From Chrysomallon squamiferum (lineage: Eukaryota; Animalia; Mollusca), in the NCBI GenBank assembly GCA_012295275.1, contig CM022679.1, positions 16,988,001-17,052,000 of the forward strand: a stretch of 64,000 nucleotides of DNA, read 5' to 3'. Position 1 is the stretch's first letter, and each line of letters opens with the position of its first letter. A model generated the notes under the pieces. It was not told where the DNA came from. It saw only the letters and a list, made by a program, of their open reading frames with translations, and did not search any database. Positions 37,452 through 50,300 of the stretch are shown here, piece by piece. Position numbers and translations under genes: made by a program.

Positions 37452-40400
37452 TTACATCTGTTTTCTCTTAATATCCAAATTCTATGTAGCACTTTTAAAT
37501 GTCAAGACCTTGCATTCTAATAGAAAAGTTCTGTCTTTATGAGACAAGCGATAAACTAAATTTTCAATAAATTATCTTCAAATAGTAATTAATATTGAAA
37601 AAATAAGTAATCAATCAATATATATGGACACAGAGGATAGTTGATAAGTTGATATATTCTAAAATACTTTATAAAAATTTTATATTTATTTTTCTTTGGA
37701 GCTGAGTTACTTCACTTCACTTTGACTAAATAGGCAGCACTTGAACCCAGCTTGATAAGGTAAATAAATTTAAAATGTTCTGCAAAACAATTTACTTTAC
37801 TCTCAACTGAAACTGACAGATATGTTATGTGTGTGTATATATAAAATTATTTTTTAAATATTGAAAATACTGTAAATCTTTCAGTTTCCACAAGAAACAG
37901 TCTGTGTACTTTTAAACTGTTTATAAAATTATTTACTGCATATATAAGGTGAGATAATAACAAAATATGATTATCTGTCTTGCCTACCCCCTGCAAATGT
38001 TCCTGTGCTTTCCCATAAACACAGATAAGCCACATATTAATCATTGCAACATATGCTGATACAAAAAATATTACAGCAATAAACATCCACAAATAAGTTA
38101 TTTTTTAGTTTTTAAGCTGCAGTAGAGATGATCAGTGTTTCAAGTACATTCTAATGAAAGTGATAAAGTGTTTTAAAATGACTTTTGAGCACAAAATGTG
38201 TTGTGCTAAATTTTAGTATGTATTAGACACTAATCTTTATGCAATTTCATAAAAACATAAAGATATGTTCAAAACCGACTTTTATTTAATAATACTATAA
38301 ATTTTAAAATATTTTTAGATAGTTTCTGCAATAAGCCACATTTTATTTCTGTATTACAAACTTTAATAAAATAAATATAACTGATTTCAGATATACCTAC
38401 TTAGAAAATAAACATATTAATGATTTAGGTAATACTACATTTTATATCAATAGTTCATTTTTATAACATCAGCAACAAGATGATGAATGTATTAATCACA
38501 AACACACATTATTTTACTGAATGATATAACCTAACTACTTTATTTATTTGATGTCTGCTTCATATCACCAACAACCTTCATCTCCACCAACAGCAGCATA
38601 TTGATAACTGACAATTTAGAGCAACACCATCCAAAAATAGTTCATTTTACCTCTACCACTATTTATTATTTTTCACTTATCAGTGGGCTTGAATTGTGTT
38701 ATCATCAAACTTCTGTTTAAAAATGTGTTTCATTTATGTGTGTATGTATATGTATATATATGTGTGTATGTGTATGTATATATATGCACACACACACAGA
38801 CAGAGAGATAGGGGATGGTAATTTGATATATCAATTTTAAACATTGCAAGAAAAATTATCAGTATAGTATATACAACATTTTGTTAAAAAAGAAAAAAAG
38901 AAGACATAATGTTTTGTTTAAAAAAACATTTACTGCATTACACAGATATGAGTTTATAGTTCATGTTTTGGCCAAGAATATAGAAAAAAAATATTTAAAA
39001 TTTATATTCAAGTCAATGCAAATTTTATTCCTTTTCAATTAACTTTAAAAGCTGTTAGTACTTTATCATCTTCATTAAATTTATTAAAAAAAAAAATTTG
39101 TGTCTGGGAAGTAGATGTACTGATATTAACCATTTATAATTCTATGACAAATAAATAAAAATTGACAAAAAAATTTAAATAAGATAAAAGAAATTTCAAA
39201 AATTCTGAAATAACATCCAAAGACAAAGAACCCCCAAAATATAAAATAATTTTTTTTATATATAAATAAACTAAAAATGCTAGACATTAAAAAATAAGTA
39301 AATAAACAAAGAGTTAAATAATATAAACAGAAATAAAATGAGACAAATTAAATTCTAAACAAATAAAGAAATAAAACCAGACAAAACAAACAAACAAAAC
39401 CAACAACAACCCAACAGAGAAAACAAATGGAGGTAAAGAAAACTAACCTTCAGCAGACTTTTCTACAAACGAGTTGTATGTATTCAGTTCTGAAAAATGC
39501 AACATTTCCACTTGAGAAATTTTATGTACCAGTTTACAATTTAATAACAGTTTTAGTTGAAACTATAAAATGTATATGTATTTTAAAAAATAATTAACAT
39601 CAATTTATTATGAAACTATAATGTGCAATGTACCACTTTTATTTATTATTTTTAATGGGGGTTGGCTCGTTTTTAATTTTTAAACAAAAGTTTATTATAA
39701 AACTATATAATTCATTTTTATTTTTTATTTTACTATAAAGCTATTTACAGTTATGTTTAATTTAATAGTTTTTTATGCATGTTTTTTTACCTGACAAAAG
39801 TTTAGAACTTCAGCACATACCAGCTATTTTTAAAGTTTAATGTGAATGTCTAATAACAAATTCTGAAAAAGTTCTAGGTAAATATCAATAATAATAAAAT
39901 TAAGAAAAGATTTTCTAATTTTACTACAAAATCAGCTGCACAAAGCAATAACTACACTTCACAGTTAGTGTTGTAATAAAATATTATTTTAAATTTAAAT
40001 TCTCAAAAACATATTTATGATGATATTAAAAAGTTTTCAAACTGAATATTTCTTTGTTTTATTTAGGGTAAAGATAGTCCTGAAAAAAGTGGCAAATACA
40101 TCAAATGTTTATATGGAACAAAATAAAATATAAATTTAATCATATTAAAAAATAAATATTTATGTCAAAATTTAATTCTGAAAAAAAGAAACCATCACCC
40201 AATGACAACAGTTTTAAAATTGTCAAGACCACATTAAATTTGTAGATTGTGCTTTTAAATTAAAAACAAATTCTTAAAATAATTTAGTTTTTTCAATTAT
40301 CATAGATTAATAACACTTTGTGAGTCACAGGCACTGTTTATTAAAGAGGAAATACTAAATATCAAAAAGAAATTAAAATTTCATCTGAGTAAATTACTTT

Positions 40401-43400
40401 GAATAATTAAAACAACTGGCAAACTTCTCTGACAAACTACCTGTACAAACTGAACATAATGAATGTATACACAACTACAATCTGATCTGTGACAATAATT
40501 AAAACGGAAATTTTACAGGTAATAATGAACATGTTAACAAACTACACTGGTTCTCAGACTGAAAAGTACATAATTCAAACTGAATAGTGGAGCACTGGTT
40601 TGTATACTGGGGAAAAGTACACAGATGAGAACTGATCCTAAAGTTCACCATTTCCCACATTAATGTTTTGCGTCTATTAAAATTTTTACAAAACATAAAG
40701 ATATATGTACCAAGGATTTCTCTAACTAAACAACAACACTAGCCAGAAAGCTTATGTTCCACTGACAATATATATATATATATATAAAACAGTTTACACA
40801 GATTACAGACTGAGTGATGAAGCTGGTTTATGTAATTGTGAGGAAGGCTGTAGCATGGAGAGGTAGTTTTGTTTTGCACACAGACCAGTCAGCTGTGTGA
40901 TTTCTGGCTTGACACACAGTAATGGATCCTACATCTGCTCAATGAGCCACTTATATATTTTTACTAGCAGGTTAACAGAAAGATAAACAATAACAAACTG
41001 ACATACATGTCTCACCACACACACACACAGAAATAAACATACATTATACACTATATTAAACACAAAAATCACACAGCATTATACATACTCACACCTAACA
41101 ATACAACTTTACATACACATGTATCTAATCATAAACTTACACACACACACACATACAGTACTCACACTTTACCCTAAGAAAAAAGTGAAGTAATCCATTA
41201 TAAAATCAAAAATAAGAAGAGTACTTATTTTCAGTATTTTCATCGAAAAGTGAGAGAAATAAAATAAAAAAGTTGATAACATGAGATTGTTCCATGACAA
41301 CACTTCCATTAATTTTAGTTTCTTATTCAGGTATTCTAAACAGTCAGCCTTTCATTATAAATATTATCATACATAATCAGTACATATTATACAGGCCAAC
41401 AAAAATAGATGAAGCAATAAGAATATATTAATGCTATTTTAGAATTAAAGCCTTGTTTTACCAACAGAGTATATTTTATAAGAAAAGTGAGTTAAAACAC
41501 TTCTTACACTGAAAGGGTAACATTGCCCACACATGATTTACTAACTGCTACAACTTGAGATGTGTTTTGGATTTTCACATTTAGTAGTCATTCTGTTAAA
41601 AATTAACCATGACTTGGCTTCAGCTTAATGGTGAAATAAGTACACAATGACAATGTTTCATCTGAAACTCTTTGTAAACTCAAACTTTACTTTGTTTGAA
41701 ACATCATTAATTATGTATTTATGTGTAACTGAAGCCTGTATACATCTGCAAATGTATGTCATTTAAATCTGTATCTGTTACAAGTCTCTCTGAAAATAAA
41801 CCAGACTGTTTATGATCTTGTTTTCAAGGATTTCAGACAATGTAATATATTATTAATCATGATAAAAGTAACTGAACCAGATGGTATATATTTTTTTCCC
41901 CTTTTTACTTTTAACACATTCTATTAAACTAATTTAGTAATTTACACATCTCATATTCTGTAGTTAGTTTCAGTACTCTTCCAGGCATTATTATGAAAAG
42001 AAGATAATTTGTAATTAATTTATAACAAGACAAACACTAATACAACTGAAAATGATCCAGGATCAAACATGGTCTAGCTCTATTCCAGTGAAATTTGTTA
42101 ATATGCCTTTCTGGAGCACTTTTACTCCCCTCACTTTGGGTTTTTCCCCTCAAATAAAATCTAAAATTAATAAAGTGTAAATGAAAATAATAATAGCTGC
42201 TTTAAAGATAAAAAATGTGAGAATGTGGATTAGATCAGTTACAAAGTAAGTACAACATAGTGCCTAAAAACAGGGAATTCTGTGTGAGACCAGGTGCTGG
42301 CTATTTATACATTTAGAAACACATCTTGTTAATACAGAAAGGTGTTTTCTGTGTTTATATATTAACATCAATAGAAACAGCATGTTGTCCATATCAAAGT
42401 ATTAATAAAACATCTTGTTAATACAGAAAGGTGTTTTCTGTGTTTATATATTAACATCAATAGAAACAGCATGTTGTCCATATCAAAGTATTAATAAAAC
42501 ATCTAGTTATTTAAAACAGGCTGTTTTTCTTGTCTACTATGAATTAATATCATTACAATAGGTTAGTGTCCATGTGTATTAACATCACTTCAAAGAGGGT
42601 GCTGTCAATGTCTATGTGTTAATAATATCTATGTTTTTGTATTAATAAAACATCTAGTTATTTAAAAAAGGGTATTGTATATAATAACACTACAAACAGG
42701 GTGTTGTCAATGTGCGTGTCTGTATATATATTAATATCACTACAAAAAGGTAGTGTCCAGACCTGTGTATTTTTTAAAACAGAATGTTGTCCATATCTAT
42801 GTATTAATAATACATTTATAGTTATTTAAAGCAGGGTGTTGTTCAGGTATATGTATCAACGTTACAGGGTGCTATCCATGTCTAAATATTAACATCATAT
42901 ATTAACATCACTACAAACAGGGTGATTTCCATGTCTATGTATATTAACATCACTACAAACAGGGTGATTTCCACGTCTATGTATATTAATATTACTACAA
43001 ACAGGGTGTTATCCATGTCTATGAATTAATATCACATCTAGCTGTTTAAAACAGGGTGTTGTCTATGTCTTACCTATCTTAGTTTGATCCTTCTGAGCAG
43101 AATCAAATCTTGATGAAATTTGTCTGTTGTCTGAAATACCAAATTTGAAAATTGGTCATATTAAAAATAGGAATAAAAAACAGCCGGGGAAAAATTCTGT
43201 CTTCAGAATTGTTTACATGGAATGTGCTAAAACTACACCCGATTATAACATTCTTCTCTACACTTCAAATATACTCTAATCTTTTAATTTTATTGTATTT
43301 TATTATATTTGGTTCATTGCTTAATTTATTTAATCTTTGTTATGTTGTATTTTTTAAAATAAGATTTCTATAATCATTCTAAATGATGCATCAGAATTTG

Positions 43401-44281
43401 TTGTGTGTGTATCAGAAATGTCTAATAACAAGCTGACATCACAAGATATTTCAGAAATGCATCATAATAATATGCAATAGTTTTCTTAGCAAACAATTCA
43501 GAAATCTGGAATGAAATGCTTCAGGGTTTGTTAAACCTGCAACATAAATTACACATTAAAAATAGTAATATTAATAATAATATTAATAATAACAATTATC
43601 AAAACAACAAAACAATTCTTTTTGTATTTCTTCTTTCACTCTATGCCAATTTAACAACTATACTGAATAAAATGTTATGTTAGTTATTACAGAAACCACT
43701 AATGATTTGTTTTCTCAAAACATACTGTTTACTTAATTAATTTTTTTTTCATTATTTAACCAAGAACCATTCTCTAACTTAATCAGAATTCTATTTAAGT
43801 TAATTTTTATCCCATGTCAGCAACAGTCTTTCTTAATATTGCCAGAAACAAAGTCAGCATCCAGAATAATAATGTATGCAGCACTATAATAAATGTACAT
43901 GTTATTACAACCAACCACATGACTGAACAGTTGACTGAGTTGGGAAAAAATGAACACTTAATGATTTCCCAGGCTGTTCTTTACTGTTTTTCTGTTAAAC
44001 ATCAAAACTAGTTTAAAGGAAGAAAAGTTGAGAACAGAAGATGTTGTCAACACAAATTACGTCTGCCATTCATCAGCAGTATTTTATAAGCACCATCTTA
44101 CTAACACAGCTTTGATCTTGCAGAAATTGTCAGAATGGGAAATTAGTTAATGTATCCAAAGTGATGAGTCTGCACTGTGTTCTGTATCAGTTTTTATGTT
44201 TTGTCATCTACAGCAAACCACCTCAGAGCTTATCTGTTTCAGACATTTTACATTGACATACTTTTATAAAATTCATTTTTA

Positions 44282-44317
<36 letters not shown>

Positions 44318-47300
44318 ATTATTGGTTTTGATGTTTTCTTTATTGTTTCTTTATTTTCATTATTAGCATTCTTATTCTTACTTTTTAAAATTATTTTTTG
44401 GTATATAAGTAGTTATATCATTTATTTATGGACTGTAGAATGTTTACTATTTTTATTCTATAATGTTGTATATGTATTTTCATTCATTCCCTTAAATATG
44501 ACATCTTATAATACCAGTATTGAATAAGTATAACTTTAATGTTACAAAATACATACATAATGTATATTCATATTCCATTTTTTCAATTCAAGGAATAATG
44601 AGTAGTGTTATATATGAAATAAAAATGAATATTATTTAGCCATGCTGTGGACCCAGCCATCATATGGAATATAAACTCAAGAAAATACTGTTTGATTTAA
44701 CAAGTTTCAGTACTAATTGTTCTGAAGTTCTGGGAGTTTTTTTTTTTTATCTGTCACTAAAACATTCAGTGCTACTAAGCAATATATATATAAGAAAAAA
44801 TGTTTTTGCAAGTACAAACATAAATATTTACATAAAGCGATCAACTTTTATTTAAGGCTTCTGCACTGATTTTGACTCCAAATAATATAAAATATTTATT
44901 CTAAATAATGTAAAATGTTAATCCAGATATTCAGATCATTGATTAACCTAAGGCATGGATTATCTCAATTATCTGATTTGACATTAATGATTATACCCAT
45001 TATAAAATATTTCTTTATCTTAGTATGTCAAAAGCCCTGAAAAAAAGATATGTATATACATATATTTGCCAGCAACAGTATTGTTAGTATAGATACTAAC
45101 AATATTTTAACAATATTTATTATTATGGTATACCTATGGTGGTAAGCTATTATCCATTATAATCTGTAGCCCATGTGGTATGTGCTGTAGGTTATACAGC
45201 GCTTGCTGCTAATGGCTGAATGTTAGACATTTCTTTTCTTTTTTACCTGAATTGCTGATATAATATGTGTGTGTTTTCTCAAATAATCATGCATCTTGTA
45301 TGATATGGCAAAAGTGGAAAACAAAATTAGTATATTCATTTACGATATGAAAGTAATAATGAATTTAGGGTAGGCCTTGTTTCTAGAAAAATAGGTAGTG
45401 TAAAAAGATTTTAATACTTTTCATGTAACAATGATATGTTATAATTTGAATCAAATATTCATCAAGATTTTTATTAACATGAAATCCCCAAACTACAATA
45501 CTTTTAACTATATATGACAAAAATATATCATTTAGCATGGGTCTAAAAAAACATAATGTAATATCATCTACCATCTTTAATTTAAAAAATATATATTAAA
45601 GATTTACTTTCATCAATAATCAAAATTATTATGAAGGATCTCTGTAACAGAAAATTATACTAATTTCAATGAATGTTTGTTTAAATTAATATTAATAAGA
45701 CTATTTTAATTTTAGATTTTAGATATATTATGATCTATAGCATTCTATATTTTGTAAACCATGTTTTAAGTATTATATTAGAATTTGCATTTATTTTGTT
45801 AATTGTTCAAAATCTGTTTTTGTTAACAATGATTAAGGAAGGTGAAAAAGGAAGAATGAAAAAGGATTAGCCATTCTTTGAATAGGATGACTGATCAAAA
45901 GCAATGCAACAACAGTTATATAAACTAGGTTTTTAAAAGAAAAAAGAATTAGGAAAAAGAATTTTAAAAGAAAAGCATGCAAATAAATGAAGGAAAAGAA
46001 GTGGTGTCTACCTCTGCACATGCCGCCAGTGCAGTTAACAGAATCTAGATCCTTGCCAGTGCAGTAATCGCCACCGTTCATAGGGCGCGGATTGTCACAT
46101 GACCTGCGACGGTGGTGAATGCAATCAGGGCTGCAAGTTGACCACGATGACCATGGAGACCAAAAACCATCCACTACAAAATATGCGACACGTAAGTTTG
46201 TGTTAGTTTTAAAATTTGTTTTTGTTAGTTGAAATAAAGAATGCCTGTGGTGGTATGAACAAGTAGTCTAGTTAAATCCTTTACACTTCCAAGTTATTGA
46301 TTCATTATCAAAGTATGACAGTAAAATAATATTTCTGTTACAAAAGATTTGAATGCTCCTGCCATTTTGCCCATTCATAACTGGAGCATGATGTCAGTGC
46401 ATACAACCAGACTGATAACTGCCTTTTTCTGTCAAAATTAAAAAAGAACTTTAGGGCAAATGAATTATGTTGAAAGATGGCAGGCACCAGTGGTTTCAAA
46501 GTGAACTTTTGTTGTTATATTTTGTTATTATTAAGACTGGACAGCAATAATCAATGAAAACATAACTTGGAAAGTCTGCAGAATTTATTTAAACTATTTC
46601 ATCATATCACCAAAGGTACACCATTAAATAATAAGTATGACTTTTAAATGTTGTTTTATTTACCCAGTATCTTTTTTTTAAGATAGTGACAAGTATTTAG
46701 ATCTTAAAAAGATAATTTTAGTTACCCAAAAAGCAAACGTTTTCAATTAATAATTTATTTTCAAGTTGTTGCTTTTTTTAAAACTGCAACAGCCAAATTC
46801 AGTGATCGCATATTTTCAGAACAAAAGAGGATTTCTACTCATAAACCACACTAAATAAAACCACACTAAAATTAAAAAAAAGGTTTTAAAAAAGGGAAAG
46901 AAGAACAAACATGAAAAGAACTATGTTTTTTTAAAAGAAAAGAACAAAATGACTATATTAAAGTAAACAACAAAGAAACAGATTTATTATAAACATGGAA
47001 AAAGTGAAAACAGTTAAAAAGATAAATCAGAAAAGAAAAAAACATGTTAATGATAACAGGATTGTATCAGATTTTTCAAGCAAACTTAAAATTATCTAAT
47101 TCTCTTTCCAAAAAATGACTAAATAAACTTAAAAGTTTCAATTAAAAATCTCTTATTTTCAGATATATCCAGAAAGTAGCAAATGTTATTTCTTTTTATA
47201 TACTCCTTCTTTCTGCTGGTAAAAAAATATATGAAAGCCAGTATTTTAAAAAGTATATACTCCTGTAATTTATCTCAACACTTGTCTGAAACATTAAAAG

Positions 47301-50300
47301 AATCTAATTTAAGAAACTGCTTATTGGCTTCCCTGCCTAGATAACTCAAAGATGTTTTCTGATAACACCAATAATTTATAGAAACAGAAGGGTTTAAAAG
47401 CCATAAAAATAAAAAATTAGTTTTGCCAGATGCTATCTGTCTAAAAAAATATAATTAATAATTAATTAAAATTAAAACAAAAAGTGATATTAATAATAAA
47501 ATGTGAAAAAAAGATAAATAACAAATTCTTTTTAAAATATAAATGTTAATATTTAAAAGTCTATATTTTAATGAAAAAGTTAAATGAAGATTTCATTTTT
47601 TATTTCAGAACAGAAACTATCAGAATGATGTTTTCTTTTATTAATACTAGTATCTAAAAAAAACTGCATGGCTGATATTTAAATGAATCAAATGAATGTG
47701 AAGAGATTTGATCAAAACTGTAAATTAGTGTGACAAAAAATTTAAAACCAAATGTATTTATCAATAGTATCAAACCACACGTTTGAAGCTCTTGTTCTGC
47801 AAAATTCCAGTAACAAAAAATAAATAAAAAATAAAATGCATTTTTCTATTTCATATAACTATTATTTCTACATTACTAAATGTTGTTATGCTACCAGGAA
47901 ATGCAATTACAAAGATTTATTTGTAAATCTATTGACTCTAATAAGTGGCTGCAAGAAGTAAATTTGTCTGTCAACTGACAAGGTTAGTAAAGACTCTGTA
48001 ATTTGATTATTTCCTCACAGAGTGTGAGAAAAAGAATGAACATCTGACATCTTTTAAATTAAAACTTATCTGACAAACCTGCAGAGACCTGGCAAGTACT
48101 GAACAATGTGTCAAGTAAATATATCAGGTGTCAAACAGAGGTTCCTAATAATATTATAATATTAATGATATAAAATTGTTTTCTTCTTTTTACATCAAAA
48201 ATAATTTTTCATGTAATGTCCAGCTCAGCAACATGTATGGCTGAAGATGTAAAGAGAATGGAAATATTTTTAGCAACTATTAGCTCTCAAATATTGGTAT
48301 CTTTTTTAACAATATTAAAATATTAAAAAAAAAAGAAAATCATAAGAAATGATGTTTCATAATGTAGTAATGAACATGTATGGCTGATTGTGAATAAAGA
48401 TACTTTACCAAAATATAAAGAGAATGGAAATATTTGTAGTAACTATTAGGTGTCAAATGCTGATAACTTGTAATACTATACAAAAAATATTGAAAAATGT
48501 AATAATATATAAAAATATTTTAAAAAGTAATAATATATAAAAATATTGAAAAATATAATATATACAAATATTGAAATATCTGTAGCAATCAGTGTCAAAC
48601 TGAGCATTTTGTGTACTGATGTTGCATACGAAATTCAGTCTGAATGCTTTCTCTCTTATCAATTAACAGATTCTTTTATTTTCAAATTTTTCTAGTCAAG
48701 AAACCATACACAAAGAACTGTGATAAATAAGTCAAGGTTTGAATATGAAAAGGATGAACAGGTACAACAGGGAGTGTTGATCTTGCAATCTGCAACACCT
48801 CAGAACAAACCTGAATCCAGTGAACTTAGACTGAGTAGCTAAGCATAAAAAACATTAATGACAAGTCATTCAAACTAAGTGACATCCTGCACCAGCATTT
48901 TTATCTATTTCATTTGCAGAGGAGCAACAAATTGTGGAACAAAGAAATACATACATGAGCTAATTTACTCAAAATGAGCTAACATCAAAAAGAGGCAAAG
49001 GCCAAGGTAATTACTTTAGCAAAAATGCCAATGAATGAATAATGAAAAACCATTTCCTAAATAGCAATATCTTTATGTTGTTTATTTTTAGCTTGCTGGA
49101 AGACATTACTGCCAGCACACTGTGACAAATTGAAGGTGATGTTTTGGAGGCTGGCCATAATTGCTACAAGGTGGTGTCTAACTGGCAATAAATGCAAAGA
49201 CTAGTTTTTGTATTGGAAAAACACCACTTTACAATATCTGTTTATGCAGAGGAAAGAAGAAGGGTATGTAGATGTACAAGACACTGGGTGAATCAAATCA
49301 GTAGCCAATTATTCCAATTAATACTGGCACCAGGCTAAGCTGTCTGTCTAGACAAATTTATAGAGGCCAGTCCTGTACTGAGACAATATGGCAGGTAAAT
49401 GGCTTTATATACTTAACACAAATAAATATTTAAAAATACACAATTAAATACAATTAAACTGAATACAAAATACAGTTGCATTAATGTATTCAAAGACTAA
49501 ATAAAGTATTTGATACTGTATAAAATATTTTTTTTTTAAAAAGAAGAATTATTTCAACCAAAAATAAAAATATTATTAATAGAAGCAAGTTATGGCTAAA
49601 AATTTGCACATCATTATAAATATTTTCTATTTACAGAAAACACATACCATCAGAAATGGAGCATCCCACTAAAATATATTAAAGAGTACAATTTTTCAAA
49701 GTTATAAATTTATTCATATACTTCAATTATTTTTATTATTAATATTATTATTGTTGTTGTTACTGTCAGTGTCATCAGTGTTGTTGTATTATTATTATTG
49801 TTATTCAAGGACAAATATAAGATTGTTTTAAAGAAAATATATTTGGTTGTGATTCTTTTGACTAGGAATAATTTTGATTATGCTGAATAAGATGATCTGA
49901 TCAGCCTCTAACAGCTACCACAGCTCGATGAATCTACCCATCCCTTGATCATCATGACCAACCACAAATCACTTGAACAATTTCTATACAATCTTTGCTA
50001 TTTTCAATCACTTTGGCATCATCTGAAAAAAAATTTGATCATTTCCACAACTCTCATATCAATAGCTTTTATTTATTTATTTATTTATTTATATCTTTCA
50101 AAGGTAACTTAAACAACAATGAAATATTTAACATTTTTGTGGAGATGAATTAAAACATCTGCATATTTACAATGTTCCTGAAGTCGCAGCTGCTTGACCA
50201 AATGAGAGTTATAAGAGTAAATTTACATATCCCCAGCTCACTCCTGGTTTAGTAATTAAATAGCTGTTCCTCAGACTGCTGGAGCCAACAATGCAGACTT

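Noticed and set aside
37283-37542. YIHT/MYVC repeat ORFs
   Set aside because: Artefacts of the (TATG)n microsatellite.
42321-43070. Regularly spaced repeats as a possible CRISPR array (also 24860-25390)
   Set aside because: The units are degenerate head-to-tail copies without unique spacers, there are no cas genes, and the context is a eukaryotic intron.
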